DNA from: Ptychomitrium polyphyllum
Taxonomy: Eukaryota
Assembly: GCA_973851085.1 (NCBI GenBank)
Contig: OZ316776.1
Location: forward strand, 2,604,001-2,668,000
Direction: 5' to 3'
DNA length: 64,000 nt
The translations under genes and the position numbers were made by a program. Below the pieces are notes generated by a model. It did not search any database. It had not been told where the DNA came from and saw nothing but the letters and a program-made list of their open reading frames with translations. Shown here one piece after another: positions 23,640-35,145 of this stretch; within the stretch, counting starts at the first letter, position 1; each line of letters opens with the position of its first letter.

Positions 23640-25607
23640 TCACTCCGGTTCAATTGTAACATTTCGTAGAAACTCGGCACCTTTTTCAGGAGAAACTGAG
23701 TTGATATAACACCCGCTGCCCATTTCAAAACCTCCTGGAGTTGCCAGCCGTGGGGCGATGTCGAGGTACCAGTGATAGTAAGGTGAGTTAGAGTGCTCCT
23801 TTCCTAGCGGAGCTGTCTGAAGCGTATAATTGTACGGTGGATATCCAAATGCCAAGTCCATCTTCCGTAGTGTCAATTTCAGCATCTTCGCCATAGCTTG
23901 AATCTGTAATAAAAAGAACAAGTCAGTTTTAGCAGCGCAGTTCTTCATGAACTAAACAAACTAAACCAGACAAGACACCCCCATATGTGACACACTGGCA
24001 ACTATGATGAAGTTTCAAGTAGAAAAGATTATTATCATAAAATTACATAGCGACAGTGAATTAGTCACTCCTTCATGGCCCGATACCCGTGAGGAATCTC
24101 TTTAGCCTGTTTACTGACATGTATGGATCACTTTACATCTATTCCTGCAGTGTGTATTTACCTCAACTTCGCCGATCAATTCAAAATTTGAGGAATGGCG
24201 CTTGGGCACCAACCAAGTCTCATAAGGGTACGCTGGTGCATATGGAGCAATGGTGACGAAGTGATCATCCTCGTCGATCAGACGGCTGCGTACCGATTGT
24301 GTATCATGTTCTACAACGTCACATAGGATGCACCGCTTGTGATTGTCGTAGTACTCTTGAGCGCTGCGAAGTTCAGTTATCTTGTTGTGGGTTATAACTG
24401 GAAGTGCAATCATTTGGCTGTGAGAATGGGTCATTGATGCACCTGCTCTATTACCCCTGTTTTTAAACACCTGCCAAAGCGCATCTCATCATTTAGGTCA
24501 ATGCCGACATGCTCAAACTGCCAAGCTAGTATTCATTTGCAACCGTCTAAAGACTCAGAAGGTTATTCTACACAGGACTGTAGGTATCAATGTATCAACC
24601 CTAGTTCAATACCATGCTATCCTCCGGAGACCGCATGTACCCAACAATAAGGTTTACATTTCAGGCTATGATGCAGGGGATAATCAAGAGCTTCCTTGAT
24701 CAGAAATACAAGGACAAGGAACAACAATACGTACCTGACAAAATTTGAAACGTGAGTCACTTTGGAACCAACTTATCCGTGCTTGATAAGCTTTCAATAC
24801 CTGCAACACAGCCAATTCAGTTTAGAGTTAAGCAGCTGCTTTCTTCACACATCAACATTGAGGCTTGGAAATAGTAAAACCTGCACTGCGCTTCCCTCAT
24901 CATTCAGTTGTTCGTTGGACACAAGTAAATAATAAATACCATTTTGTAAACTCAGAGTTTAAATTTCACTTCTGCTTTTAACTCATATGGCAAAAGAGAC
25001 AAATTTCAGGACACTTCATTCTAATTGGGTTAAAATGCTAATACCAAGCACAATTCTAATCACTCTCTTGCTCTTGCATTGCTTCGTACCCACTGTTAGC
25101 AAGGACCAGCATCCCTCAACCGAAACCTAAAACACAAGACTGGCCAGAACTCTGCGTTCAAACCCCAATAACTGGAAAATTTTACGAAGGGTTCTTCGAT
25201 CAAACTACCTCTGCGACGTGAGAAGCTGGAAGCTCTGGTATAGTCATTTGATGGTTGGGCGTTTCAATCACAACTTCGTGACTTCCAAAACCTGGCAGTC
25301 TGCACTCATCATACACTGTCCCCTCACCCGTCGGTTGCAAGTCACAGGAATCCATGGACACGGCTGGATACTTATTCACGATCACACGGACCCGCCAGTC
25401 GGACGCATCGGCTTGGCCACCATCCCGAATCGCGAAAATCTCGTGCCCATTCGAAAGCTCAAAACCAGGGCAAAAGGCACACGGACCCGGGTTACACCCC
25501 TCCTTCCGCTGGCTATCCGAAGTCTGAAAATCAGAAGGGCGCTTCCCTCGTTTGTCTGAAATCGTAATCCATCTCTGACGAAGCTGGTCGTGCCGAAGCT
25601 CCGACAT
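23640..25607 (-). CDS. GalT-like HIT-family nucleotidyltransferase (ADP-glucose phosphorylase / galactose-1-phosphate uridylyltransferase-like), 4 exons
   Basis: Exons 25607-25209 (MSELRHDQLRQRW...RGKRPSDF, CAFCPG, VRVIVNKYPA, GFGSHEVVIETPNH), 24800-24735, 24470-24162 (FKNRGNRAGASMTHSHSQ with the HxHxQ catalytic motif; CILC; PYETWLVPKRH) and 23903-23640 (YHWYLDIAPRLATPGGFEMGSGCYINSVSPE). All introns are GT-AG and in frame. Confidence 0.92.
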
Positions 25608-25982
25608 CGCCAGAAAAAATCTAACCAGCCTACAACCAGAACAATCCAACGCTCTGCACAAAAATCCACCCACCTCAAAAACCCTTCAAGCGCGCTCTAA
25701 CCTCAGAGAATCAAGCTGCCTACCTAAGCAAGCATCCATCAACCTAGAAACCATGTGCCGTGACCTACTCTCTAAGTCACTGACGTCCGATCCTGAAAAA
25801 TGGTCCAAACTGCAAAACTGCACTACTAGCCCAATTCTACACTTGAAAGCAAGCTGCGTCGGGACCTTCTCAAAACTGAAAACTTAGTTTTTCTAGCAAG
25901 TCTAGTCTACTCAACCGAAGCTTTGATGTGCGGTCACCGATGTCTGCAAGCGCGCGCTTCCTCAGGATCGTTTCTACTACAC

Positions 25983-26200
25983 CACGTGTAGAATCTGCAC
26001 AAGCAGGAATGCTACTCTGCAACTGAGTGCAACGAACGCTCTCTCGCAGCAGCCGGACCGTCAGATCAGACACGTCGTGTCACGTCTCGATTGCATGCGA
26101 TATTTCCCACTTTGTCGCGAAGCGTCCTCCCAATGCACGCAGCGTACTACAGTCCAAGCATTTCGACCACTCGAGTACATTGCACGCAAGACGACACGCA
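25983..26200. promoter_or_regulatory. Cluster of ACGT-core (G-box/ABRE-like) and CACGC motifs upstream of the GalT-like gene
   Basis: CACGTG 25983-25988, GACACGTC 26069-26076, GTCACGTC 26079-26086, and three CACGCA words at ~26136-26200. Confidence 0.4.
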
Positions 26201-29200
26201 GTCACTTTCTGAGCATTTGAGCGTCCTAGAACATAATGCCATGCTTTTTGGAAAAGAGATGTAAGAAAGAATCTAGGGCACGATTCTTGTTTGTAAGGGC
26301 AGTCGTTGGTGTCATTGGTGGGTATGTTTTGTTATCATTTCTAGTTGTTGATTTAAAAGGTTGTTTGAGGTGAATCTCTTCAAGGATTGCCATGATTCAA
26401 TATTGTTGAATGTATGATCTATTGTTAAAGATTTGGCAGGGATGTTTGAATAGCTAAGGTTTCATATTGCTTTTTGAAAAACTATATTTCATATCAATTA
26501 CAAAAGACTATCCATGGATCAATGAGGATGTAGAAGTGAAAATTTTAGATAGTATGGTGCCACAAAAAATAAATTATTGTTCTGTATTTTGTACCAAGCA
26601 TCTAGTTCAAAGTTTAAAAAATATTGAGATTAGTTTAAATTAATGATGGAATATTATGATTGTAGTAAATAAATTACACATATCTATTAGAAGCATTGTT
26701 TGAAAGATTGTATGTTATAATTAGAATTATTCCTTGAAAGCCTTTTTGTTGGCCATCATTTATTGCTTCTACTAGTTTATTAAAATATTTTTAATTACAA
26801 TTGACAAAAAAATTGTTTAATAAATCAATCTTCAAATCTTGAAATATAATTTCATAATTGATATTCTATTTATCAACTAACAAGTGATTCTATTATTATT
26901 TTGATATGATTTTCATTATCTTTTAAAATTTTAGCATTTAATTCATCTTAATTTTTATTAATTAAAGTTTACTTACTTTAATTGTCATCAAAATATACAC
27001 AAACTTTTATTTAAACAAATACATTATAATGCCTTCTAATCATTTCAGTAAACTAGAATTTTTAGTTTTTTTTCTTTTTTTTTCTTTTGAACTTTTACAT
27101 TTTTGAAAAAAATAAAATTATTTTTTCTTAAGATTTAACGATTTCAATCATTTTGTATACAAATGTTTTTTACCTTTAAGTTTCATTATTAATACTAATT
27201 TGAAAAGAATTGAAACAATGTTAAATTTGGATATTTCTTATTTATTTTATAACATTACATTTATTTAAGTTCACTATAATAAATGACCTTGGAAATTAAT
27301 ATATAATGCACTTTTTATATTTTTAGTGAATTTATAACATTTAAATTCAAATGCCATCCAAATTGTTAAATTTTATGAAAACCACAAAATATTGTATGGA
27401 AGAGATTTTGCAAATATTAGCAATTTTATAAGTTTTGTAATCAATGGCCTTATACCATTACTAATGCATGAACGTGTTGCAATCACTTCAACATTGGATG
27501 TCTATATTGTATTTGCAATTTTTTTGATAATTTCTTGAGAGTTCTAAAGTATGATACATATAATACAACAATAGATGAAGTAAAATGTATGAAAATACTA
27601 GAAGGTTTTCAAATAGTCATGCAAACACACAAATGCAAGAAAAATAATACATATAAGTAAAAACACTGTTTGAAAAGTTGAAGTTGACATCCAAACACAC
27701 TATTTATTTTGGTATATTAATAAAACGGCTAAGAAATTTAAAGCAGTCAAGAAATTAAGCTTAATGCATATAAACATAAATATATATTAGAATTCATGAT
27801 AGCTATGCTATTGCAAACTGGCATATTATTGTACAATCATCTTTTGAAAAACATTAGCAAAAATTAATAACAAACTAGGAATATAAGTAAGTTATAAAAA
27901 TATATGGAAAAAAGAAGAAAAGTAAATAAAATACAATTAAAACCAAAGAGTTTACCAACAATTTATTATTTATATTTATTTAATAAGAAACTTCAATATG
28001 ATCATTAACAGCAATCTGGATACAGTTTGTACTGCATTGCTTTAGAATAACTATTTGTAACATGTACTTTTTTTCTTATCTTACAGAAATTTGCAGTTAC
28101 AAGATGTCTTCAACTCTTGTGAACGTCAGCAATAAAGCAATAGCATTACTCCAGTACACTGAAAACATGGAATTTTTAAAAGAAAACATTGAAATACCCA
28201 ATGTAATACCATCCCTAAACTAACATGCTGGTGAGAGTCAGAATCTTGACCTTCACAAGATACAAGACTGCAGTCAGGGCAGTACACAAGACGCAGATCT
28301 GGAAAAATTATCCCAGACACTTTCAGAAATTAGAGCTCCGGGGATGTACTTCATGTTTACAAATCACAATGCATAGTATCATAGTATAATTACACACATA
28401 GCAGCATGAACCAGAAACATGTTCATGTACTTGTGAGCCTATCAATGCAAATGTAGAAGTTCATACTTCCATGATGCATCTCTTACCTGCAACTTCAAAT
28501 CCCTTCTTGACATTTGGAATCAAGAAGGTCTGAAATAGTAAGCTGTTTGACTGAAAAGTTTCCTTTGATGTTCATTGACCCATTAGTGGCAACAGCTTCT
28601 CCAGGTTCCATGCAGAACACACCTATCCTCATTCAATCTGTGTAAGAGAAAGGCACAACTTTCACACGGCCATCACAGAAAGCCAGTAGAAATTGTAACC
28701 AATAGCCATCTCTTTTTAAGGGAGGCTTTCAAGGACCAGTGAACAGCACATATTAAATCACACATAATTATTAGTGTTTTCCTTGGACATTAATTTTCTT
28801 ATCAGTTACTTGTTTCAAAAAGAACATATGATTTCTTATGCAAACAAATGAGATTCTTTGATCTTTTGCTTTCATTTAATTTTGAATATTTTGAATATTT
28901 AGCAAAGCCAGTGCCAATTAGGCCCCTTTATTCAAAATACAAGTGAAGAAATTCCATGAAGATTATAAAAACTTAGCTACATAAACACAAGTGGTTAAAC
29001 TACATATTAGCACTATAAAATGACGCTACTTTATAAAGAGAAAAACAACATTAGTTTTTTTCCAAAGGTTAAACTTGAAAGCAACGGATTACAAAATTTT
29101 CATATTGACCATAATTTCTACATAATTTCTACATAATTTTGGTCATCTTGTGAAAAATGTAGATTCATCTATGAATAAAAATATCCTTTGCTATTACTCT

Positions 29201-30195
29201 CATTTACAAAGATTATTTAGAATTATGTGTTATAGGTAAAGACAATATTATATAACATTCTATGGATCATAAAAGGAACCACTTTTGAAATATGGCTCCA
29301 TAAAAGATTCTGATGCAATTTAGTTTTTTTATTTGTAAGCAAATTTCATATTTATATAATGAATTCTCATACTTGCATTCAATATACTAAATTATTGATT
29401 TCAAATATTGGTCCAAAGAGCAAAATAAAACTTTATCAAAAATGATATCTTAGAACCAAAGTTATATAAAATATGTTGTGTTTAATTAAGGAATAAACCT
29501 TGGTACAATTACTATTTTATAATGTTCAACTATTTTCTACAATAAAATTTACTAAATGTGCCAAACTTACTTTCCAATTACCACATAATGTTTATCAACA
29601 ACACCTTCACAGGAAATTAACTAAAAATAAATAGTGTAGGCACGTGGCAAGGAATGCACTTATAACACCCAGGTGCATAACATTCAAAGAGAGCAAAAGA
29701 ATGATGGGCAAAAGGGAGGGTGATACTATCTCCAGTGCAAATGCAGAACGTAACGTCTTGCAGTAAAAGGATTCTTCGACCGAGGAGGGAATGTTCCCAC
29801 TTCGACACATACTGAGCGAGCCACGGTGTGAAAGCAGCGAAATCCACTCGCAATGGCACTCGAAGTCCGGCTCGGAAGTCAGACTTGAACCAAGACCAAG
29901 ACTGGCGTCGCGATGCTTGAGCAAATGTCTTCGCACAAGTCGTTGTGTGCGATTGAACTCGACGCCATCGCCAACGCCATTGCCATCGCCATCGCCGGAC
30001 TTACTGCTTCTCGTTTCTCCCTTGCCCCCGCTTTGCCGTAGCGTGCACACGGTTGCGTGCTGCCTTCACCTAGTAGAGTTGGAGTGCAATCCAGACCAGG
30101 AGATGTAGAGTTTCTGCCTCTCAAATCTTAAGCGGAGAGGAGCTCTGTAACGTTCAGGAGCGCCAGGGTTTGGTGCGTTCTTTGCGAGGAGAGCC

Positions 30196-33100
30196 ATGAC
30201 TGAGGTATGATACGCTCTGACGATTGGCTTGATTCCGAGATTTCATTTTTCGTTGATTTACGATTTCGTTTCGGGGTGAGTATTGCTTTCAGTTTGATGT
30301 GGAATACGTCCTACTTAGATACATCCTACTGCGTATGATGTGGGTTTCGTTTTTTTAGGTTTTTCTTTTTTTACCGCGCAGAATGTTCTCTGTTGTTGTT
30401 TGATCTGTGTAGGTGGACGGTATTGCGTCGCGTAAGCATTTGGTAGAATCTGTGAGCTCGTGAGATCGGGGTTGCGTAGGCTCGTTTGTGAACTGTTGTT
30501 CCTTTGCGTCCCTCTTTAGAGAAACTGTTGACTTATTTGGTGAAGGATTATCATGCGTGTAAACTGGTCGTCCTTTCAGGTGTATACTTTTTAGAGTCGA
30601 ATTCCGGAGTGAATATGAATTCTCGACTGCGTTTTGGAAAAGTGTAGTGATTTTTGCTTTAAGCTTTGGGATACAGCATGTTCGCTTACCTTATGGTCTG
30701 TAGCGGATTCTTTGAGATAACTTGGCTTCAATTGAGTAAAATGTGCCGTTTTGGCTGGAATGGACTAGGGTTTATATTCTTCCATTGTCCAAACGCACTG
30801 ATATTCTACTCGGAGATGATAGCATCTCATCAAGCATGAAAGATTTCTGTCTACAAGCTGTGAACCCTTTCTTATGCTGGATGCTTGTTTGTCTGTGATT
30901 TGGCTTCCTCATTCTGGTACCAATGAAATTTTGATGCGGAATTCTACTTAGTTTCTCTTGCTCACATGCTGACGACATTAGCCGACCTGCAAGCAGGTGT
31001 GCCTCAGACAATTGTTTTGATAGTGGTTAGGGCTTTAGCTCCTAACACAGGTTGCCTTCTTGAAGTGATCATGCCTGGAACTCATCATGGTTTCTCTTGC
31101 GGGGTTTAGAGCATGCATTTGTAATTATGGTGATGGATAAATCGAAGGTCTTTCAGGACGTTCTAATTACCTTAAACTCAATTGGGTCTTCTGTCTCTAA
31201 CCTCAATCCGCTAAATTCTGTTCCTCTGTACCTTTTAACAAATCTTCATTCGCAGTCACGTTGACTAGACTGGAGTTTAGCACTTGCATCATGTTGGTTT
31301 GTTTATTAGCTAAACTAATTAGGATCCAATCTGTAGTTTTTCTTTGGTTCGAAATGTTTTAGCACAATTTTTTCTACTATATATTTTTTGTTCTCAAGTG
31401 TTGGTTCTTTTATGATCTGATGTGCAGTACTGGGTAAGCCAAGGCAAGAAGTGGTGTGACTATTGCAAAATATTTATCGCCAACAATGCGTCCAGTCTGC
31501 GTAATCATGAAATTGGAGCACGGCACAAAGAGGCTATGGCCCAGCGCCTTACGACCATGCGCAGAGACAACATTGCCAAAGAAAAGGAGAAGCAGCAGGC
31601 TCTTAAGGACCTTGAGCGTATTGAACAGGTGTGTAATACTTCATAGTTATCTCGTGCCCTTTAGATCACAATAATCTCTGCGTTCTTGATTCCAAAACTC
31701 AAATGCTCTTCACTATTATCCATGCCAGATGAGTCTCAAACGGTGATAATAGACTGAAACATTAGTGGAGCAGAAGAGTGAGGAGAAGCTGGATGGATGT
31801 CTCAGATTTTACAGTTAAGACTTAATGCCAAAGGGACGGCTTCTTGGCCGTAATTACAAGTCTTGTTAAAGTAGTCTTCTACTATATTCGGTACTAGAAG
31901 TCATTCTCGTTCTAGAGAAGTTTTTTGCTCTTCGTTGACTTTGTATTTGTGCTGGTTCAGTAATTGAGCGCGGGGTATGCTGTGGTGATCTTCGACTGGT
32001 GTGTTCTCTTTTGTTCTTTTTCTATTTCCTTTCCAGTTAACATTTAATTTTAGAGGCTCTTATGGTCGTGAGAGAAATGAAATGCTGGCAAAAGAAGACA
32101 TCTACAAGTTCCCACCTTGAATTCGTCAGCAGCCAGATTTACTCAGGGGATAATTTCTTTATGAAAGGATTTTTCAGCTGTTAATTATCATGTCTTGAGA
32201 TTCGTCATAGTAATTGTTCCTAGTGTATTCATTATCGGAATATAGTTATGCGAGGTGAAGTGCTCAGAGCATGATAATTATTAATGAGGGCTGTTTCATT
32301 CTTCGAGATCTAATAGTCTGTTTGAGTCACTGTATTGAGAAATCTCGAAAACGATTGTAGTTGAGGAGGAACCGTTTTTGAAATAGTCTTAACGTGGTAA
32401 TATTTACTCTGGTATATGTCTAGCTGGCTTTCCTCAACAATCAGATGATCTGGAGATTGTTCTATTGCAACTTGTGTTTCTTAACTTGGTTAATTGAATG
32501 TCTTCATTTTATGTAAAGATATTCTCTAACCCATGGTCATAATTATGTGGATTGGGTGATCAGCAAGCAAAAAGGAGCTACGAGAGGGACGTAGCAGCAG
32601 CAGAGAGGCTTTCAGCTTCTGCGTATAGTAGTGTTCAACAGGCCTCCCGTCCACCTGAAGCTCCTGGTGGTGCCCCGCCAGCCCCTGCCATACCTACGCC
32701 AAGAAGCAGCCAAGTTAGTAGCAAGTACGAAGGAAATGTTAACGGTAAAGGTCTACCTCTTTGGTCTTCTGGTGCAAGCAGCTGTCTGCTTTTTCTGTCA
32801 ACTAGCTGTATCATCGAGCTGATGGTTCTCTAGATGCTGTTGAAAGGAACTATCGAAATAATTATTGGGTTAGTGGTTTGGTCATTTCCTTTCAGTAACC
32901 TTCTGATGAGGTCATTATTATGCTTGGAGTGTACAAAGACATCCATGAATAAGGATTGCACATTGTATGATGCATTTTCGTTGGCGTTCTTGCAATGGCT
33001 TCAACGTAAGAAAATAGCGAAGTGAATGAAGTATAATAAATGTGTTTCAGGCAGTCTTAGCAGTCTTACTGAGAATGACATGAATGACGGTGTTGGGTAT

Positions 33101-33840
33101 GGTCTGTACTGTTTCTGACTTTGTCGCAGTATGAGCCTTCCTAATTCTTGGGTTGGCCTTATAGCTGGTTGTACGACCTCTCATCTAAAATCTTATGTTT
33201 GGTGGTTTTGCAGAATGGACGTACGATGAAAAAACAGGTTATCATTTCAATGCAGCCACAGGGTATTACTATGATCCCAATTCTGGCCTCTATTATAGCG
33301 ACATTCTAGGTATGAAGCTTCTCCTCTTATATAGTCTTCTCCCAGACTCTAGTAGCAGACCATCGGTTGTTTCGTCTTGCCACTTAGTAGGTTGTCTGTT
33401 CCTAAATTTGTGTTCACTTCTATTACACCTTGATTTCTGCTTCAGGAAAATGGACAACACAAGAGGAAGCCCATCTAGCTTCTCAAAAAGCGCATGTGGA
33501 GGCTGGAATAGCTCCTGCAGCATCCACACTGTCAAAACAGCCATCTCATACTAAAGATGAATCGAAGACAAGCAGTAACGCTACCACAACATCGCATGCC
33601 AAGGCAGCAGTTTATACATCAACTTCTGCCTCTCAGAGACCTGTTCCAAAGCAGAAGTCTCTACCCAGTAAAGTTGGGAAAGGAGTTGCATCATCACTGG
33701 AAATCAACAAAAGGAGGAGAGAAGAGAAAACTGAACCTGTTTCAAGTGAAGAAGCTGCTGCATTGGCAGCAAGGGAGGCTGCAAAGAAACGGGTACTTGA
33801 CAGGGAAAAGTCGTTGTTAGGGCTCTACCAAGCATACTGA
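30196..33840 (+). CDS. ZOP1: Zinc-finger (U1/matrin-type) and OCRE domain splicing factor, ZOP1-like, 5 coding exons
   Basis: Exons 30196-30204 (MTE), 31428-31628 (YWVSQGKKWCDYCKIFIANN...HEIGARHK), 32564-32744, 33214-33309 (OCRE: WTYDEKTGYHFNAATGYYYDPNSGLYYSD) and 33446-33840 (EEAAALAAREAAKKRV..REKSLLGLY). An alternative in-phase donor exists at 32750. Confidence 0.9.
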
Positions 33841-34908
33841 GTTATGTATCTCTTGGGTACTGAGTTACCCTCTTTCCTGCTCACTTGGTCATGTGTTCCC
33901 AATCTGATACTGTAACAATATCCTGACATGGGTTGCATTCAGTTCCTTCTGTTGTTCATAATCGTTAACGCCATTGCCGTGAGTTTTTCAACCAGCACTA
34001 CTTTGGAATCGGGATTAAGATTCCATTTTCAACCATGTTTGTCATCCCAGACCAAATGGGCAGAATTTATGCAGTCTTAGCAGCATGCATAGTGGCTAGG
34101 AACTAGATATGAGAGTTTTTGAAGCTACGGTAACGCTGGAAGATGAATTCATCATGAGAGTTTCTGCATCTCAACGAAGTGACCATCCTAACACAAGCTG
34201 ATGACAACTCCACTCGTTTCTCACTGGGTGATGATTTTCCACATGAGTTGCTTCACAGGGACACTCTTACCACGGTATAGTTCCACGTTACTCAACAAGC
34301 TATCAGGAACTCAAAGAATTTTTGAATTTCTCACTCTTCTCATTAGAGTTATCCCTTAAGAGTGTGTTTGAGAGTGAGTCTTTGCGAAAAAGTTTTACCA
34401 TATGTTTTATCTAACTCATTAAGTCATGAAATTCCAAAATCTCATACCGAACTACAAAACACACCCTAGTGCAAGTGGATCACGAAACTCAGCTTAAACT
34501 ACAGAATGCACAAATGGAGCAAGTGGGCCACATGCACACTCGCTACTCTTGCCAAAATTACAAATACACTCCAAAAACTCCCAAAAATTGAAATACTGTT
34601 CTTTGCCATACATCACAGTGAAACAGCATCCCCAAGTCTCATAATGCTAAGTTCTCGACTGATCAAGCACATCATTGACATCAATGACCGCATCAACAAA
34701 GTCAGCCTAAATCAACAAGAGTCCACTAAGCATACAAGGCCTCACAACTAGAGCAAATCATGGACGAAGCAAGTGTGACTAGTGGGAGAGAACAGGTTCC
34801 GATTCCTCGACAGAATGCTCACTGGCAATCGTTCTTCGCAACCCGCAATCAACTTGAAGTTGTAAACCTCACTTCACAATGATATCACCTGCGGCTTCTG
34901 TGCATTGA

Positions 34909-34946
34909 ATATATATATATATATATATATACAGAGAGAGAGAGAG
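34909..34946. repeat. Compound (AT)11-AC-(AG)7 microsatellite upstream of RUS3
   Basis: Read directly; lies about 200 bp upstream of the RUS3 ATG. Confidence 0.9.
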
Positions 34947-35145
34947 ATTGAGATTGGTGGACTGGTTCTAGCTGCATTCTTTATGGACGGACTGCAACTG
35001 GAGTAGGTGAAGTCGGTGACTATGTTTTGTGGAGGTGCATTTGCATAGGTAGGATTTTGGAACCCTAGGAACTCGATCGGAGGTGGAATGGTGTGAAGGA
35101 GAGGAGTGGAGTGGTGCGATTGACGAGTCGGCTACTGTATCAGAG

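Noticed and set aside
29879..29881. In-frame TGA as selenocysteine or programmed readthrough
   Set aside because: Land plants are not known to use Sec, there is no redox motif context or identifiable SECIS, and decay or chance is simpler.
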